A stretch of 64,000 nt of DNA from an uncultured Acidimicrobiia bacterium. Its GTDB lineage: Bacteria > Actinomycetota > Acidimicrobiia > Spongiisociales > Spongiisociaceae. Below are positions 1 to 9,407 of this stretch, in pieces. Position 1 is the stretch's first letter. Every line of letters starts with the position of its first letter. The position numbers were made by a program, and so were the translations under genes. The DNA lies in NCBI GenBank assembly GCA_958295745.1, contig OY282370.1:1162311-1226310 (forward strand), read 5' to 3'. The notes below the pieces were generated by a model. The model ran no database searches and had not been told where the DNA came from. It saw only the letters and a list, made by a program, of their open reading frames with translations.

Positions 1-529
1 CCGGCACCGCCCAGCTGGTCACCCCGATCACCACGATGATGGTCGGGAGGCCCCGCGACAGCACCGCGGCCAGGACGATGATGAGGGGCAGGGCGGGGAT
101 GGTGATGAACATGTCGGTCACCCCCATGGCGAGCTGGTCGAAGCGGCCTCCTATGTACCCGCTGGTTATCCCCGCGGCGCTGCCGATCAACACCGCGATG
201 GCGGTGGCCGCCAACCCCACCGCCAGGGATATCCCCGCCCCCACCGCCAGCTGCTGCCATACGGAGCGGCCCAGGTTGTCTGTCCCCAGTAACTCGTCCA
301 CCGAGGGCGAACGGAAGCGGTCCTCCACGGTGAAGCCGGCAGGCGGCGGGTTCTCGTAGGCGAAGAACCCCGCCGCCCCGTACACCAGGAAGAAGGCCAG
401 CAGTACCAGGCCGATCCGGCCCTTGCCGTTCCTCCACAGCTTCAGCATGACCCCGCTCTCCTCGCGGCCCGGCCGATCCGCCGCCTGCCCGGCGGGCGGG
501 GCGGGGTCGGGAAGGCTCACACCGCTCAT
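1..529 (-). CDS. Dpp/Opp-type ABC transporter permease (DppC/OppC-like), truncated at the left window edge
   Basis: Not in the ORF track because it has no stop in the window. Hand translation from the ATG at 529 (ATGA overlap with the upstream stop) gives MSGVSLPDP...LLGTDNLGRSVWQQLAVGAGISLAVG...YIGGRFDQ, containing the DppC LGTDxxGR motif. Confidence 0.85.
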   Translation of the reverse strand, partial: MSGVSLPDPAPPAGQAADRPGREESGVMLKLWRNGKGRIGLVLLAFFLVYGAAGFFAYENPPPAGFTVEDRFRSPSVDELLGTDNLGRSVWQQLAVGAGISLAVGLAATAIAVLIGSAAGITSGYIGGRFDQLAMGVTDMFITIPALPLIIVLAAVLSRGLPTIIVVIGVTSWAVP

Positions 530-1581
530 GACGATCTGATCCGAGGGTCGAGGCGGGAATAGAACAGGTCGGCGAGCAGGGTGGCCAGCACGACGATCGC
601 CGCGATGACGAAGAAGGACGCCTCCAGGACCGGCAGATCCCTGGTCTGGACCGCATCGTACATGAGCAACCCGAGGCCGGGCCAGGAGAACACCACCTCG
701 GTCTGGATGGTCCCCGCCATCAGCAGACCCAGGGTGAGGGCCATCAGCGTGAAGGTGGGCAGGAAGGCGTTCCGCACCCCGTAGCGCCACAGGATGGTGC
801 GGGGCCGCAGCCCTCTGGCCCGCGCCGCCAGCATGTAGTCCTCGTCGGCCACCTCGGCCAGCGAGTTCCGCATGATGAGGGCGATCGACCCCACGCTCAC
901 GATGGCGATGGTGGCGGCGGGAAGGATCAGATGCTGTATCACGTCCTGCGCCTCCGCGAACGGGGTCCGGTATATGGCCGCCACCGCCCGTATCCCCGCC
1001 ACGGGCAGCCATCCGAGCGTGATGCTGAACAAGAGCACCAGCATCAGGCCGACCCAGAAGGTCGGCAGGCTCCACAGCGTGAGGGCGGTCAGCGTGAGGG
1101 TGGTGTCGGTGCGGGTGCCCCGCCGCCAGCCGGCCGCGATGCCGAAGGCCAACCCGAACACGAAGATCAATACCAGGGCGGACCCGGTCAGGATCAGGGT
1201 GTTGTACAGGGCAGGCCGCAGCAGGTCTATCACCGGCAGGCGGGCCTTGAAGGAGATGCCCGTGTCGAACCGGTAGATCTTGGTCAGGTAGATCAGATAC
1301 TGCTCCCAGGCGGGTTCGTTGAGGCCGAACGACTCCCGCAGCTGCTCGTAGGCCTCGGGGCTCAACCGGCTCTCACGGGCGATCATCCGGGCCGGATCCC
1401 CCGGCAGGAGCCGGAACAGCCAGAAGTTGAAGGTGGCCACCACGTACAGGGTGATGACCGCCTGCGCGACGCGACGGGCCGGGTAGCTCCGCAGCCACCG
1501 CCACCGCCGCCTCCCGCCGGGCGCTCGGGCTGCGTCCCCGGGGGCGGATCCCGGCGGCGCTTGCTCAGCCGGCGCCGTCAT
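526..1581 (-). CDS. Dpp/Opp-type ABC transporter permease (DppB/OppB-like)
   Basis: PGDPA N-terminal motif, EAA loop (DYMLAARARGL), VFSWPGLG, RDLPVL, LDPRIR C-terminus. Confidence 0.92.
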   Translation of the reverse strand: MTAPAEQAPPGSAPGDAARAPGGRRRWRWLRSYPARRVAQAVITLYVVATFNFWLFRLLPGDPARMIARESRLSPEAYEQLRESFGLNEPAWEQYLIYLTKIYRFDTGISFKARLPVIDLLRPALYNTLILTGSALVLIFVFGLAFGIAAGWRRGTRTDTTLTLTALTLWSLPTFWVGLMLVLLFSITLGWLPVAGIRAVAAIYRTPFAEAQDVIQHLILPAATIAIVSVGSIALIMRNSLAEVADEDYMLAARARGLRPRTILWRYGVRNAFLPTFTLMALTLGLLMAGTIQTEVVFSWPGLGLLMYDAVQTRDLPVLEASFFVIAAIVVLATLLADLFYSRLDPRIRSS

Positions 1582-1639
1582 ATCCGCGCCCGACTATCCG
1601 GGCCGCCTTCCCTAACGGGTGCTATCTCCCGCCGCCCGA

Positions 1640-3337
1640 TCAAGCCTCGCTGAGGACCAGGTACTGCTCTGTCGACCAGTTGACCGTGACACCGTTGTTG
1701 ATGAATATCCAACCCGTGAGGTTGTCGGTCCGATGGGCCTGCAAACGGTTGGGATAGGCCATCACGCAGTAGGCGAAGGCGTCGTAGAATATCTGCTGGG
1801 CTTGGTGAACCATCCTCTCGCGTTCCGCCGGGTCCCCTTGCACCTGCTGAGCCTTGAACAGATCCTCGTATTCGGCGTCGCAATAGTAGGTGTCGGAGAG
1901 GTTCCCGAACTGGTCGCAGGACTGCACCGACAGCATGAAAGTCGGGTCCGGCGGGGTCTGCCACACCCATGTGTACATGTCCCAATCGGCGTCTACGAAC
2001 ACCCGCTGGATCAGCGTCGGGTCGTCCTCGGCGAACACACCCTGTATCTCCATGCCTATGTCCTCCAGCATCGGCTTGATGAGCTCCGCGTACTGGGGCA
2101 GCCGGTCGATCACCGAAGATGCGAACAGCCGGAAGCTGAGCCTTTGGCCGTCCGGACTCACCCGGATGCCGTCATCCCCGACCGCGTAGCCGGCTTCGTC
2201 CAGGATCTGGCGGGCCCGGTCCGGGTTGCCGTTGGCCTGCTGGGCTTCCGGTATCTCCAGGAAGGAGGCGCCCATACCGGGCGGCAGCACCACGGTTCCC
2301 TTCTGGCCCCTTCCTCCGAGGACGATATCCACCAGCCGCTGCCGGTCGATGGCCCACGACATGGCCTCCCGGATCCGCTGGTCCAGCAGCAGAGGGTTGC
2401 CGCCCGAGTCCGGATGGGGCTGGCCCGGGTTGTTCGGATCCTCGTAGACGTTGATCCCGAAATGGTCGAGCAGGAAGCCCGGGTATTCGACCGCCTCGAT
2501 GTCGGACTCGCCCACGAGACCGTCCCAGATATCCGACGCCAGCTCGCCGGTCACGTCGATCTCGTTGTTGCGCAGCGAGTTGGCAACGGTCTCCTCGTTG
2601 GCCAGCTGCACCTTGATGAGGGCCTCGATGGTGCCCTGCTTGGGGCCGTCGTTGGAGGACCAGCCCCACCAATCGCTGTTGCGGTCCAGCTCCAACCGCT
2701 CGGAGGGGGCGTAGTTGTTGAGCTTGAAAGGGCCGGACCCGATCATCTCGTCGTTGCCGAACTGGTCGATCTCCTCCGAGCTCATATCCTGCCAGATATG
2801 GCGGGGCAGGATCGGCGCCCCAACGCTCGGGTCGAGGGCGGGAGGACCCGAGAAGTGGAGCACCACCGTCGCGTCGTCCGGCGCCTCGACCGTCTCGAGC
2901 GGCTCGAAGAACCCCCCGAACAGGCCCTTCTTGGTATCCCGGTACAGCTCGAAGGAGAACTTGACATCGGCCGAGGTGAGGGCCTCGCCGTCATGGAACT
3001 CGACACCCTCGCGAATCGTGTAGGTAACGGTTCTGCCCCCGTTGGACAGAACCCGGTTGGTGGCCAGGGACAGAGCCGGCGACATGTTGGCGTCGAACTC
3101 CATGAGCCGGTCGTACACCAACCAGTGCATATCGGGGGAGGAGACCGTTACCACCGGGTTGGGGGTGTCGAAGATGTTGAGATGACCGAACCGCAGCACA
3201 CCCGAAGCGGTCTCACCTCCACACGCCGCGGTGACTATGGGGGTGGCCAGCATGGCCGCCATCCCGGCCTTCCCCGTATACGCCATGAACTGCCGTCTGC
3301 TGATCGGATCCGCCAGGATCCCTTCCTTGCCGGACAT
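1640..3337 (-). CDS. ABC substrate-binding lipoprotein, family 5 (downstream copy of a tandem pair), twin-arginine-like signal
   Basis: SRRQFM...TAAC signal/lipobox, IGSGPFKL, LLLDQRIREAMSWAIDR. Start reassigned to the ATG at 3337, which follows GGAGGAGG. Confidence 0.9.
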   Translation of the reverse strand: MSGKEGILADPISRRQFMAYTGKAGMAAMLATPIVTAACGGETASGVLRFGHLNIFDTPNPVVTVSSPDMHWLVYDRLMEFDANMSPALSLATNRVLSNGGRTVTYTIREGVEFHDGEALTSADVKFSFELYRDTKKGLFGGFFEPLETVEAPDDATVVLHFSGPPALDPSVGAPILPRHIWQDMSSEEIDQFGNDEMIGSGPFKLNNYAPSERLELDRNSDWWGWSSNDGPKQGTIEALIKVQLANEETVANSLRNNEIDVTGELASDIWDGLVGESDIEAVEYPGFLLDHFGINVYEDPNNPGQPHPDSGGNPLLLDQRIREAMSWAIDRQRLVDIVLGGRGQKGTVVLPPGMGASFLEIPEAQQANGNPDRARQILDEAGYAVGDDGIRVSPDGQRLSFRLFASSVIDRLPQYAELIKPMLEDIGMEIQGVFAEDDPTLIQRVFVDADWDMYTWVWQTPPDPTFMLSVQSCDQFGNLSDTYYCDAEYEDLFKAQQVQGDPAERERMVHQAQQIFYDAFAYCVMAYPNRLQAHRTDNLTGWIFINNGVTVNWSTEQYLVLSEA

Positions 3338-3447
3338 CGAAGCCTCCTCCACCCGGCCGCGCCGATACCGGACCGAGCTCTCGAATCTCAGGCTATCACA
3401 CCGGGCGGCGGCCTGCCCGGCGGCCGAAACGATGACCGGCCGCCCGA

Positions 3448-5166
3448 TCAAGCCTCGCCGAGGACCAGGTACTGCTCCGTTGACCAGTTGACCGTGACAC
3501 CGTTGTTGATGAAGATCCAACCCGTGAGGTTGTCGGTCCGATAGGCCTGCAACCTACTGGGATAGGCCATCACGCAGTAGGCAAAGGCGTCGTAGAATAT
3601 CTGCTGGGCTTGGTGAACCATCCTCTCGCGTTCCGCCGGGTCCCCTTGCACCTGCTGAGCCTTGAACAATGCCTCGTATTCGGCGTCGCAATAGTAGGTG
3701 TCGGAGAGGCTCCCGAACTGGTCGCAGGACTGGATCGACAGCATGAAGGTCGGGTCCGGCGGCGTATTCCACAACCAGGTGTACATGTCCCAGTCAGCGT
3801 CTACGAACACCCGCTGGATCAACGTCGGGTCGTCCTCGGCGAACACACCCTGTATCTCCATGCCGACGTCCTCGAGCATCGGCTTGATTAGCTCCGCGTA
3901 TCGGGGCAGCCGGTCGATCACCGAAGATGCGAACAGCTGGAAGCTGAGCTTCTGACCGTCCGGCGCCTCACGGATGCCGTCGCCGTCCCGATCGATGTAG
4001 CCGGCCTCGTCCAGGATCTGGCGGGCCCGGTCGGGGTTGCCGTTGGCCTGTCGGGTTTCCGGTATCTCCAGGAAGGAGGCGCCCATACCGGGCGGCAGCA
4101 CCACGGTTCCCTTCTGGCCCCTTCCTCCGAGGACGATATCCACCAGCCGCTGCCGGTCGATGGCCCACGACATGGCCTCCCGGATCCGCTGGTCCAGCAG
4201 CAGAGGGTTGCCGCCCGAGTCCGGATGGGGCTGGCCCGGGTTGTTCGGATCCTCGTAGACGTTGATCCCGAAATGGTCGAGCAGTAGACCCGGGTATTCG
4301 ACCGCCTCGATGCCGGGCTCACCCGCGAGGCCGTCCCAGATATCCGCCGTCAGCTCGCCGGTCACGTCGATCTCGTTGTTGCGCAGCGAGTTGGCCACCG
4401 CCTCCTCGTTGGCCAGCTGCATCTTGACGATCGACGCTAGGGCGCCCTGCTTGGGGCCGCCGTTGGAGGCCCAACCCCACCAATCGCTGTTGCGGTCCAG
4501 CTCCAACCGCTCGGAAGGGGCGTAGTTGTTGAGCTTGAAGGGACCCGACCCGATCATCTCGTCGTTGCCGAACCGATAGAGCTCCTCCGGGGTCATGTCT
4601 CCCCAGATGCGGCGGGGCAGGATCGGCGCCCACACGCTCGGGTCGAGGGCGGGAGGACCCGAAAAGTGGAGCACCACCGTCACGTCATCCGGCGCCTCGA
4701 CCGTCTCGAGCGGCTCGAAGAACCCCCCGAACAGGCCCTTGCCGGTATTCCGGTACAGCTCGAAGGACACCTTGACATCCGCCGAGGTGAGGGCCTCGCC
4801 GTCATGGAACTCGACACCCTCACGAAGGGTGTAGGTAACAGTGGTCCCCCCGTTGGACAGAACCCGGTCGGTGGCCAGGGACAGAACCGGCGACATGTCG
4901 GCGTCGAACTCCATCAGCCGGTCGTACACCAACCAATGCATATCGGGGGCCGAGATCGTTGTAGCTTCCCAGCCCGTCATAACCGGGTTGGGGGTGTCGA
5001 AGATGTTCAGATGACCGAACCGCAGCACACCCGAAGCGGTCTCACCTCCACACGCCGCGGTGACTATGGGGGTGGCCAGCATGGCCGCCATCCCGGCCTT
5101 CCCCGTATACGCCATGAACTGCCGTCTGCTGATCGGATCCGCCAGGATCCCTTCCTTATCGGACAT
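3448..5166 (-). CDS. ABC substrate-binding lipoprotein, family 5 (upstream copy of a tandem pair)
   Basis: Near-identical paralog of 1640-3337 with the same motifs; ATG at 5166 after the same RBS. Confidence 0.9.
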   Translation of the reverse strand: MSDKEGILADPISRRQFMAYTGKAGMAAMLATPIVTAACGGETASGVLRFGHLNIFDTPNPVMTGWEATTISAPDMHWLVYDRLMEFDADMSPVLSLATDRVLSNGGTTVTYTLREGVEFHDGEALTSADVKVSFELYRNTGKGLFGGFFEPLETVEAPDDVTVVLHFSGPPALDPSVWAPILPRRIWGDMTPEELYRFGNDEMIGSGPFKLNNYAPSERLELDRNSDWWGWASNGGPKQGALASIVKMQLANEEAVANSLRNNEIDVTGELTADIWDGLAGEPGIEAVEYPGLLLDHFGINVYEDPNNPGQPHPDSGGNPLLLDQRIREAMSWAIDRQRLVDIVLGGRGQKGTVVLPPGMGASFLEIPETRQANGNPDRARQILDEAGYIDRDGDGIREAPDGQKLSFQLFASSVIDRLPRYAELIKPMLEDVGMEIQGVFAEDDPTLIQRVFVDADWDMYTWLWNTPPDPTFMLSIQSCDQFGSLSDTYYCDAEYEALFKAQQVQGDPAERERMVHQAQQIFYDAFAYCVMAYPSRLQAYRTDNLTGWIFINNGVTVNWSTEQYLVLGEA

Positions 5167-5364
5167 CGAAGCCTCCTCCACCCGCCCCGCGCCGACACCA
5201 AACCGGTTATCGGAATCCCAGGCTAGGCGGGGTAGTTCCAAGAGATGGGGTTATATGTTCTGTACGACAACGGGACCGCCTGCCGGGGGCGGGGAGGACA
5301 GGCGACGCAAACGACGCGGACGGCAGCACCCCGCCGGACACCCTCTCGCCCCCGGCCACCGGGT

Positions 5365-5613
5365 TCAGCCGCCTCCCATGGCGGGCAGGAAATGAACCTC
5401 GGCGTCCGCAGGCACCGGCTCGTAGAGGGCGTCGGTCATGATCTCCCCGTCTATCGCCACCGCCACGCCGCCGGAAGCCAACCGCTCTCCCAAACCCGGG
5501 AAACGCCGATCCATCTCGGCGATCAACGAACGGACCGTGGCCGCCTCGACCTCGACCTCCTCCACCCCCCCGGTGACCCGGCGCAGGGCCGAGCCGAAGA
5601 AGACCCTGGCCAT
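5365..5613 (-). CDS. MoaD/ThiS-family sulfur carrier protein
   Basis: 82 aa, VAIDGE...EVHFLPAMGGG with C-terminal Gly-Gly; start overlaps the stop of the upstream gene. Confidence 0.88.
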   Translation of the reverse strand: MARVFFGSALRRVTGGVEEVEVEAATVRSLIAEMDRRFPGLGERLASGGVAVAIDGEIMTDALYEPVPADAEVHFLPAMGGG

Positions 5614-7901
5614 CAGTCTCCGTTGGCTTCGATCGCCGCCAGCACCTTGGGAGGCGACATCGGCAGCTCGCCCAGCCGGCAACCGGTGGCGTCGTAGACG
5701 GCGTTGGCGATGGCCGCCATGGGCGGCACTATGCCCACCTCGCCCACCCCCCGCACACCGTAGGGGTGCCCCGGATTGGGAACCTCCACTATCACCGTGT
5801 CGATCATCGGCAGGTCGGAAGCCACCGGCATCCGGTAGTCGAGGAACCCCGGATTCTCCATCACCCCGTCAGGGTCGAAGATGTATTCTTCGTTGAGGCC
5901 CCAGCCGATTCCCTGTACCACCCCGCCCTGCATCTGCCCCTCTACGTAGCTCGGATGGATGGCCCGGCCCGCATCCTGGGCGGTGGTGTAGCGAAGGATG
6001 GTCACCGCCCCGGTCTGGGGATCCACCTCCACGTCGCACATCTGGGTGGAGAAAGCCGCCCCGGCGCCCCGGGCGTTGAGCGAGGCGGAGGCGGTGATAG
6101 GACCGCCCGTCTTGGCAGAAGCGGAGGACAGCTCCTCGGTGGTGAGCGGGGCTCGGTCGCCGTCGACGTGCTGGGCCCGTCCGTCCACCCACTCCACCTG
6201 GTCCAGATCCACGTCCCACATCATGGCCGCCCGCGCCCTGAGGTCGGCGACCACCTTGCGGCAGGCCTCGATCACAGCCATCCCGGTGGCGTGGGTAACC
6301 CGGCTGCCCCCGGTCATGTCGGTGAACCCCACCGACTCGGTGTCGGCCACTATCGGGGTGATCCGGTAGACGTCGATGCCCAGCTCCTCGGCCGCCATCA
6401 GCGCCATGGACGCCCGGCTGCCTCCGATGTCCGGGCTTCCGGTCATCACCGAGGCGCCTCCGTCCTCGTTTATGTGCACGGTGGCGCTCGAGTTCGAGCC
6501 GAAGTTGAACCAGAACCCGCTGGCCACCCCCCGTCCCTGATTGGAGCCGAGCGGCGCCGAGTAGTGGGGGGTGCCCTGCAGCGCCTCGACGGTCTCGCGA
6601 AATCCGATCCGGCGGTAGCGCGGGCCGTAGACCGCCGTCATGCCCTCCTCCACCGCATTGATGAGCCGGATCTCCAGGGGATCGATCCCCAGCTCCTCGG
6701 CGATCTCGTCGAGGACGGTCTCCGAGGCGAAAGCCCCTATGGGCGCGCCCGGCGCCCGGTAGGCGGCCGTCTTCGGCATGTTGTTGACCACATCGAAACC
6801 CTCCAGGAAGAAATTGGGGATGTCGTAGGGAGCGAACATGCACATGACGCCCATCTGCACCGGAGATCCCTTGAAGGCGCCGGCCTGGTAGGCCAGCCAA
6901 GCCTCGGCGGCCACCAGCTTGCCGTCCCGGCGGGCGCCCAGCTTGACCCTCATCTTGGAACCCGAGGTGGGTCCGGTTCCCTTGAACACCTCGCCGCGGG
7001 TCATGACGATCTTGACCGGGCGTCCGGCCTTCCTCGACAGCAGCGCCGCCACCGGCTCGACGTACACGGTGGTCTTTCCTCCGAACCCGCCGCCGATCTC
7101 GGCCGGGATCACCTTTATCTGCGACGGCGACCACCCGAGCAGCTTGGCCGTGAAGGTGCGCACCATGAAATGCCCCTGGGAGGAGCACCAGATCACCGAA
7201 CGCCCGTCCTCTCCGGTGTCGGCCACCACCGCATGGGGCTCGATATAACCCTGATGGACCGGCCGGGTGGTGAACTCCCGCTCCACCACCACATCGGCCT
7301 CGGCGAAGCCCTTCTCGACATCACCCCGCTCGTACACGCAGCGGGAGGCTATGTTGGAGGGCGCCTCCGGCGCCGGATCCACCCCGGCGGTGAACATGTC
7401 CTCGTGGAGCACCGGCGCGTCGGGCGCCATGGCCTCCTCCACGTCCACCACATGGGGCAGCACCTCGTAGTCGACCTCGATGGCCTCCAGGGCCGCCAGG
7501 GCCGCCCGGCGCGTGACGGCGGCCACCGCCGCCAGGGCGTGACCCTCGTACAGCACCTTGTCGCGGGCCATGACGTTGCGGCACAGGTCGCGGAAGTCGA
7601 CCGCCTCCTCCCCGCCCGCGCCCTCCTCCGATTCCAGCATCGGGAAGTCGGCCCCGGTAACGACCGCCTTCACCTCTTCCATCGCCTCGGCGGCGGAGGT
7701 GTCGATCGACCGGATGCGGGCGTGGGCGTGGGGCGAGCGGAGCACTGCCCCGATGAGCATCCCCGGCAGGGAAAGGTCGGCCCCGAAGCGGGCCCGGCCC
7801 GTCACCTTGTCTAGGCCGTCGTGGCGGACCGGGCGTGTACCAACCCACTTGTAGCCAGGGTCGGGGTCAACTGTGATCTTAGCGCCGGCAGTGGTAGTCA
7901 C
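5613..7901 (-). CDS. Xanthine dehydrogenase/CoxL-family molybdopterin-binding large subunit
   Basis: DKVTGRARF, LRSPHAHARI, GGGFGGK, AYRAPG, GQMQGG, GVRGVGE. GTG start at 7901 overlaps the small-subunit stop. Confidence 0.93.
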   Translation of the reverse strand: MTTTAGAKITVDPDPGYKWVGTRPVRHDGLDKVTGRARFGADLSLPGMLIGAVLRSPHAHARIRSIDTSAAEAMEEVKAVVTGADFPMLESEEGAGGEEAVDFRDLCRNVMARDKVLYEGHALAAVAAVTRRAALAALEAIEVDYEVLPHVVDVEEAMAPDAPVLHEDMFTAGVDPAPEAPSNIASRCVYERGDVEKGFAEADVVVEREFTTRPVHQGYIEPHAVVADTGEDGRSVIWCSSQGHFMVRTFTAKLLGWSPSQIKVIPAEIGGGFGGKTTVYVEPVAALLSRKAGRPVKIVMTRGEVFKGTGPTSGSKMRVKLGARRDGKLVAAEAWLAYQAGAFKGSPVQMGVMCMFAPYDIPNFFLEGFDVVNNMPKTAAYRAPGAPIGAFASETVLDEIAEELGIDPLEIRLINAVEEGMTAVYGPRYRRIGFRETVEALQGTPHYSAPLGSNQGRGVASGFWFNFGSNSSATVHINEDGGASVMTGSPDIGGSRASMALMAAEELGIDVYRITPIVADTESVGFTDMTGGSRVTHATGMAVIEACRKVVADLRARAAMMWDVDLDQVEWVDGRAQHVDGDRAPLTTEELSSASAKTGGPITASASLNARGAGAAFSTQMCDVEVDPQTGAVTILRYTTAQDAGRAIHPSYVEGQMQGGVVQGIGWGLNEEYIFDPDGVMENPGFLDYRMPVASDLPMIDTVIVEVPNPGHPYGVRGVGEVGIVPPMAAIANAVYDATGCRLGELPMSPPKVLAAIEANGD

Positions 7902-8395
7902 ACCGTCTCCTTTGCCTCGGAAGCTTCCTTCATGTCCGCGGCGGCCGCCAGGATCGACCGCACGATCTTGTCGTAACCGGTGCAGCGGCACAGGTTCCCG
8001 GCAACGGCGTAGCGCACCTGCTCCTCGGTGGGATCGGGGTTGCGGTCCAGCAGAGCCTTCCCCGCCACCAGAAAACCGGGGGTGCAAATCCCGCACTGCA
8101 GGGCCGCTCCCTCCAGGAAGGCTTCCTGAAGGGGATGGAGTCCGTCGGGACCGCCCATGCCCTCGACGGTGAGGATGGCGGCCCCTTCCGCCTCGGGCGC
8201 CAGCACCAGGCACGAACAGGTGAGCCGCCCGTCGAGGATTACCGAACAGGCGCCGCAGTCACCGGTGGCGCAGCCCTCCTTGACCCCGATCAACCCCGCC
8301 GTGTCTCGGAGGGCGTCGAGCAGGGTCTGATCGCCCCGGCATAGGAACTCGACCTGATCGCCGTTGATGGTGCAGGTTACGTGGGTGCTACTCAT
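7898..8395 (-). CDS. Xanthine dehydrogenase/CoxS-family 2x[2Fe-2S] small subunit
   Basis: GVKEGCATGDCGAC, QCGICTPG and NLCRCTGY cysteine motifs. Confidence 0.95.
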   Translation of the reverse strand: MSSTHVTCTINGDQVEFLCRGDQTLLDALRDTAGLIGVKEGCATGDCGACSVILDGRLTCSCLVLAPEAEGAAILTVEGMGGPDGLHPLQEAFLEGAALQCGICTPGFLVAGKALLDRNPDPTEEQVRYAVAGNLCRCTGYDKIVRSILAAAADMKEASEAKETV

Positions 8396-8434
8396 GCGGG
8401 TTTCCTCGTGGTGTCCGGGTGTTCATTGCGGGGC

Positions 8435-9289
8435 CTATCTATCTGCGGCCCGGGCGGCGGCCAGCTTCAGGGCCCTCACGGTGAGCACTCCGGCCACCCG
8501 GCGGCGGTATTCCTTGGTGCCCCGCTTGTCGTCGATGGGGTTGCAGGCGGCCTCGGACGCCGCCGCCGCCTTTGCCAGCACTTCCTCGGTGAGCGCCCGC
8601 CCCGCCAGGGCTTCTTCTGCGTCCGGGACCCTGACCACGGTGGGCGCCACCGCCCCGAGGGCCACGGCGGCGGCGGTGCACCGCCCGGAGTCGTCCAGCG
8701 ACAGGCGCACCCCCGCCCCTACTACGGCGATGTCCATCTCGGTCCGGGGTATGAACCTCAGGTATGCGTCGGAGGTCCGGGCGGGCGGACGGTCGAACTC
8801 GAACTCGACCACGAACTCCCCTTCGGCCAGGGAGGTCTGTCCCGGTCCGGTGACCACCGAAGCCACCGGAACGGTCCTCATCCCGCCGGGGCCGGCGATC
8901 ACCGCCCGGCCTTCGTCGACCACCATGGCCGGAACGCTGTCGGCCGCAGGGGAGGCGTTGCACAGGTTTCCCCCCAGGCTGGCCCGGCTCTGGATCTGGT
9001 CCGACCCGATCAGGGCGGCGGACTCCACCAACCCGGGAAGCTCGGCGGCCAGCTGTTCTTCTTCGGTGAGGCGCACCGCCGGGACGGCCGCCCCGATCAC
9101 CCAGGTATCCCCTTCCAGGCGCAGGTCGACGAGCCGATCTATCCGCTTGAGATCGACCGCCTGTTCCGGCTTGGGACGGCCCATCTGCAGCTGCGGGAGG
9201 AAGTCCGTGGCGCCCGCGTAGGCCTGCGCCGCGCCGCCGGCCAGGATGGAGACGGCTTCTTCAACGGAGGCGGGGGCGATGTACTTCAT
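8435..9289 (-). CDS. Xanthine dehydrogenase/CoxM-family FAD-binding medium subunit
   Basis: AGATD, IQSRASLGGNLCNASPAAD, PIDDKRGTKEYR; start assigned to MKYIAP at 9289. Confidence 0.93.
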   Translation of the reverse strand: MKYIAPASVEEAVSILAGGAAQAYAGATDFLPQLQMGRPKPEQAVDLKRIDRLVDLRLEGDTWVIGAAVPAVRLTEEEQLAAELPGLVESAALIGSDQIQSRASLGGNLCNASPAADSVPAMVVDEGRAVIAGPGGMRTVPVASVVTGPGQTSLAEGEFVVEFEFDRPPARTSDAYLRFIPRTEMDIAVVGAGVRLSLDDSGRCTAAAVALGAVAPTVVRVPDAEEALAGRALTEEVLAKAAAASEAACNPIDDKRGTKEYRRRVAGVLTVRALKLAAARAADR

Positions 9290-9407
9290 GGGGCGACGTA
9301 CTTCATGGGGCAACCGGATTCATACCGTATATATACACGATGCTGCGGACCATGGTCGGCAAGTCTACACCTCGACGGCGGCCCAAGGGTTCAAGGAGCT
9401 GTCCGCT

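Larger units (their letters stand above)
1630..5190. repeat. Tandem gene duplication (about 1.75-kb units) of the SBP gene, including RBS and stop context
   Basis: Long identical stretches between 1630-3365 and 3440-5190; both units share cgcccgatcaagcctcgc at one end and cgaagcctcctccacccg at the other. Confidence 0.92.

Noticed and set aside
5613-7901. Aerobic CO dehydrogenase (coxL)
   Set aside because: The active-site loop is AYRAPG, not AYRCSFR (form I) or AYRGAGR (form II).
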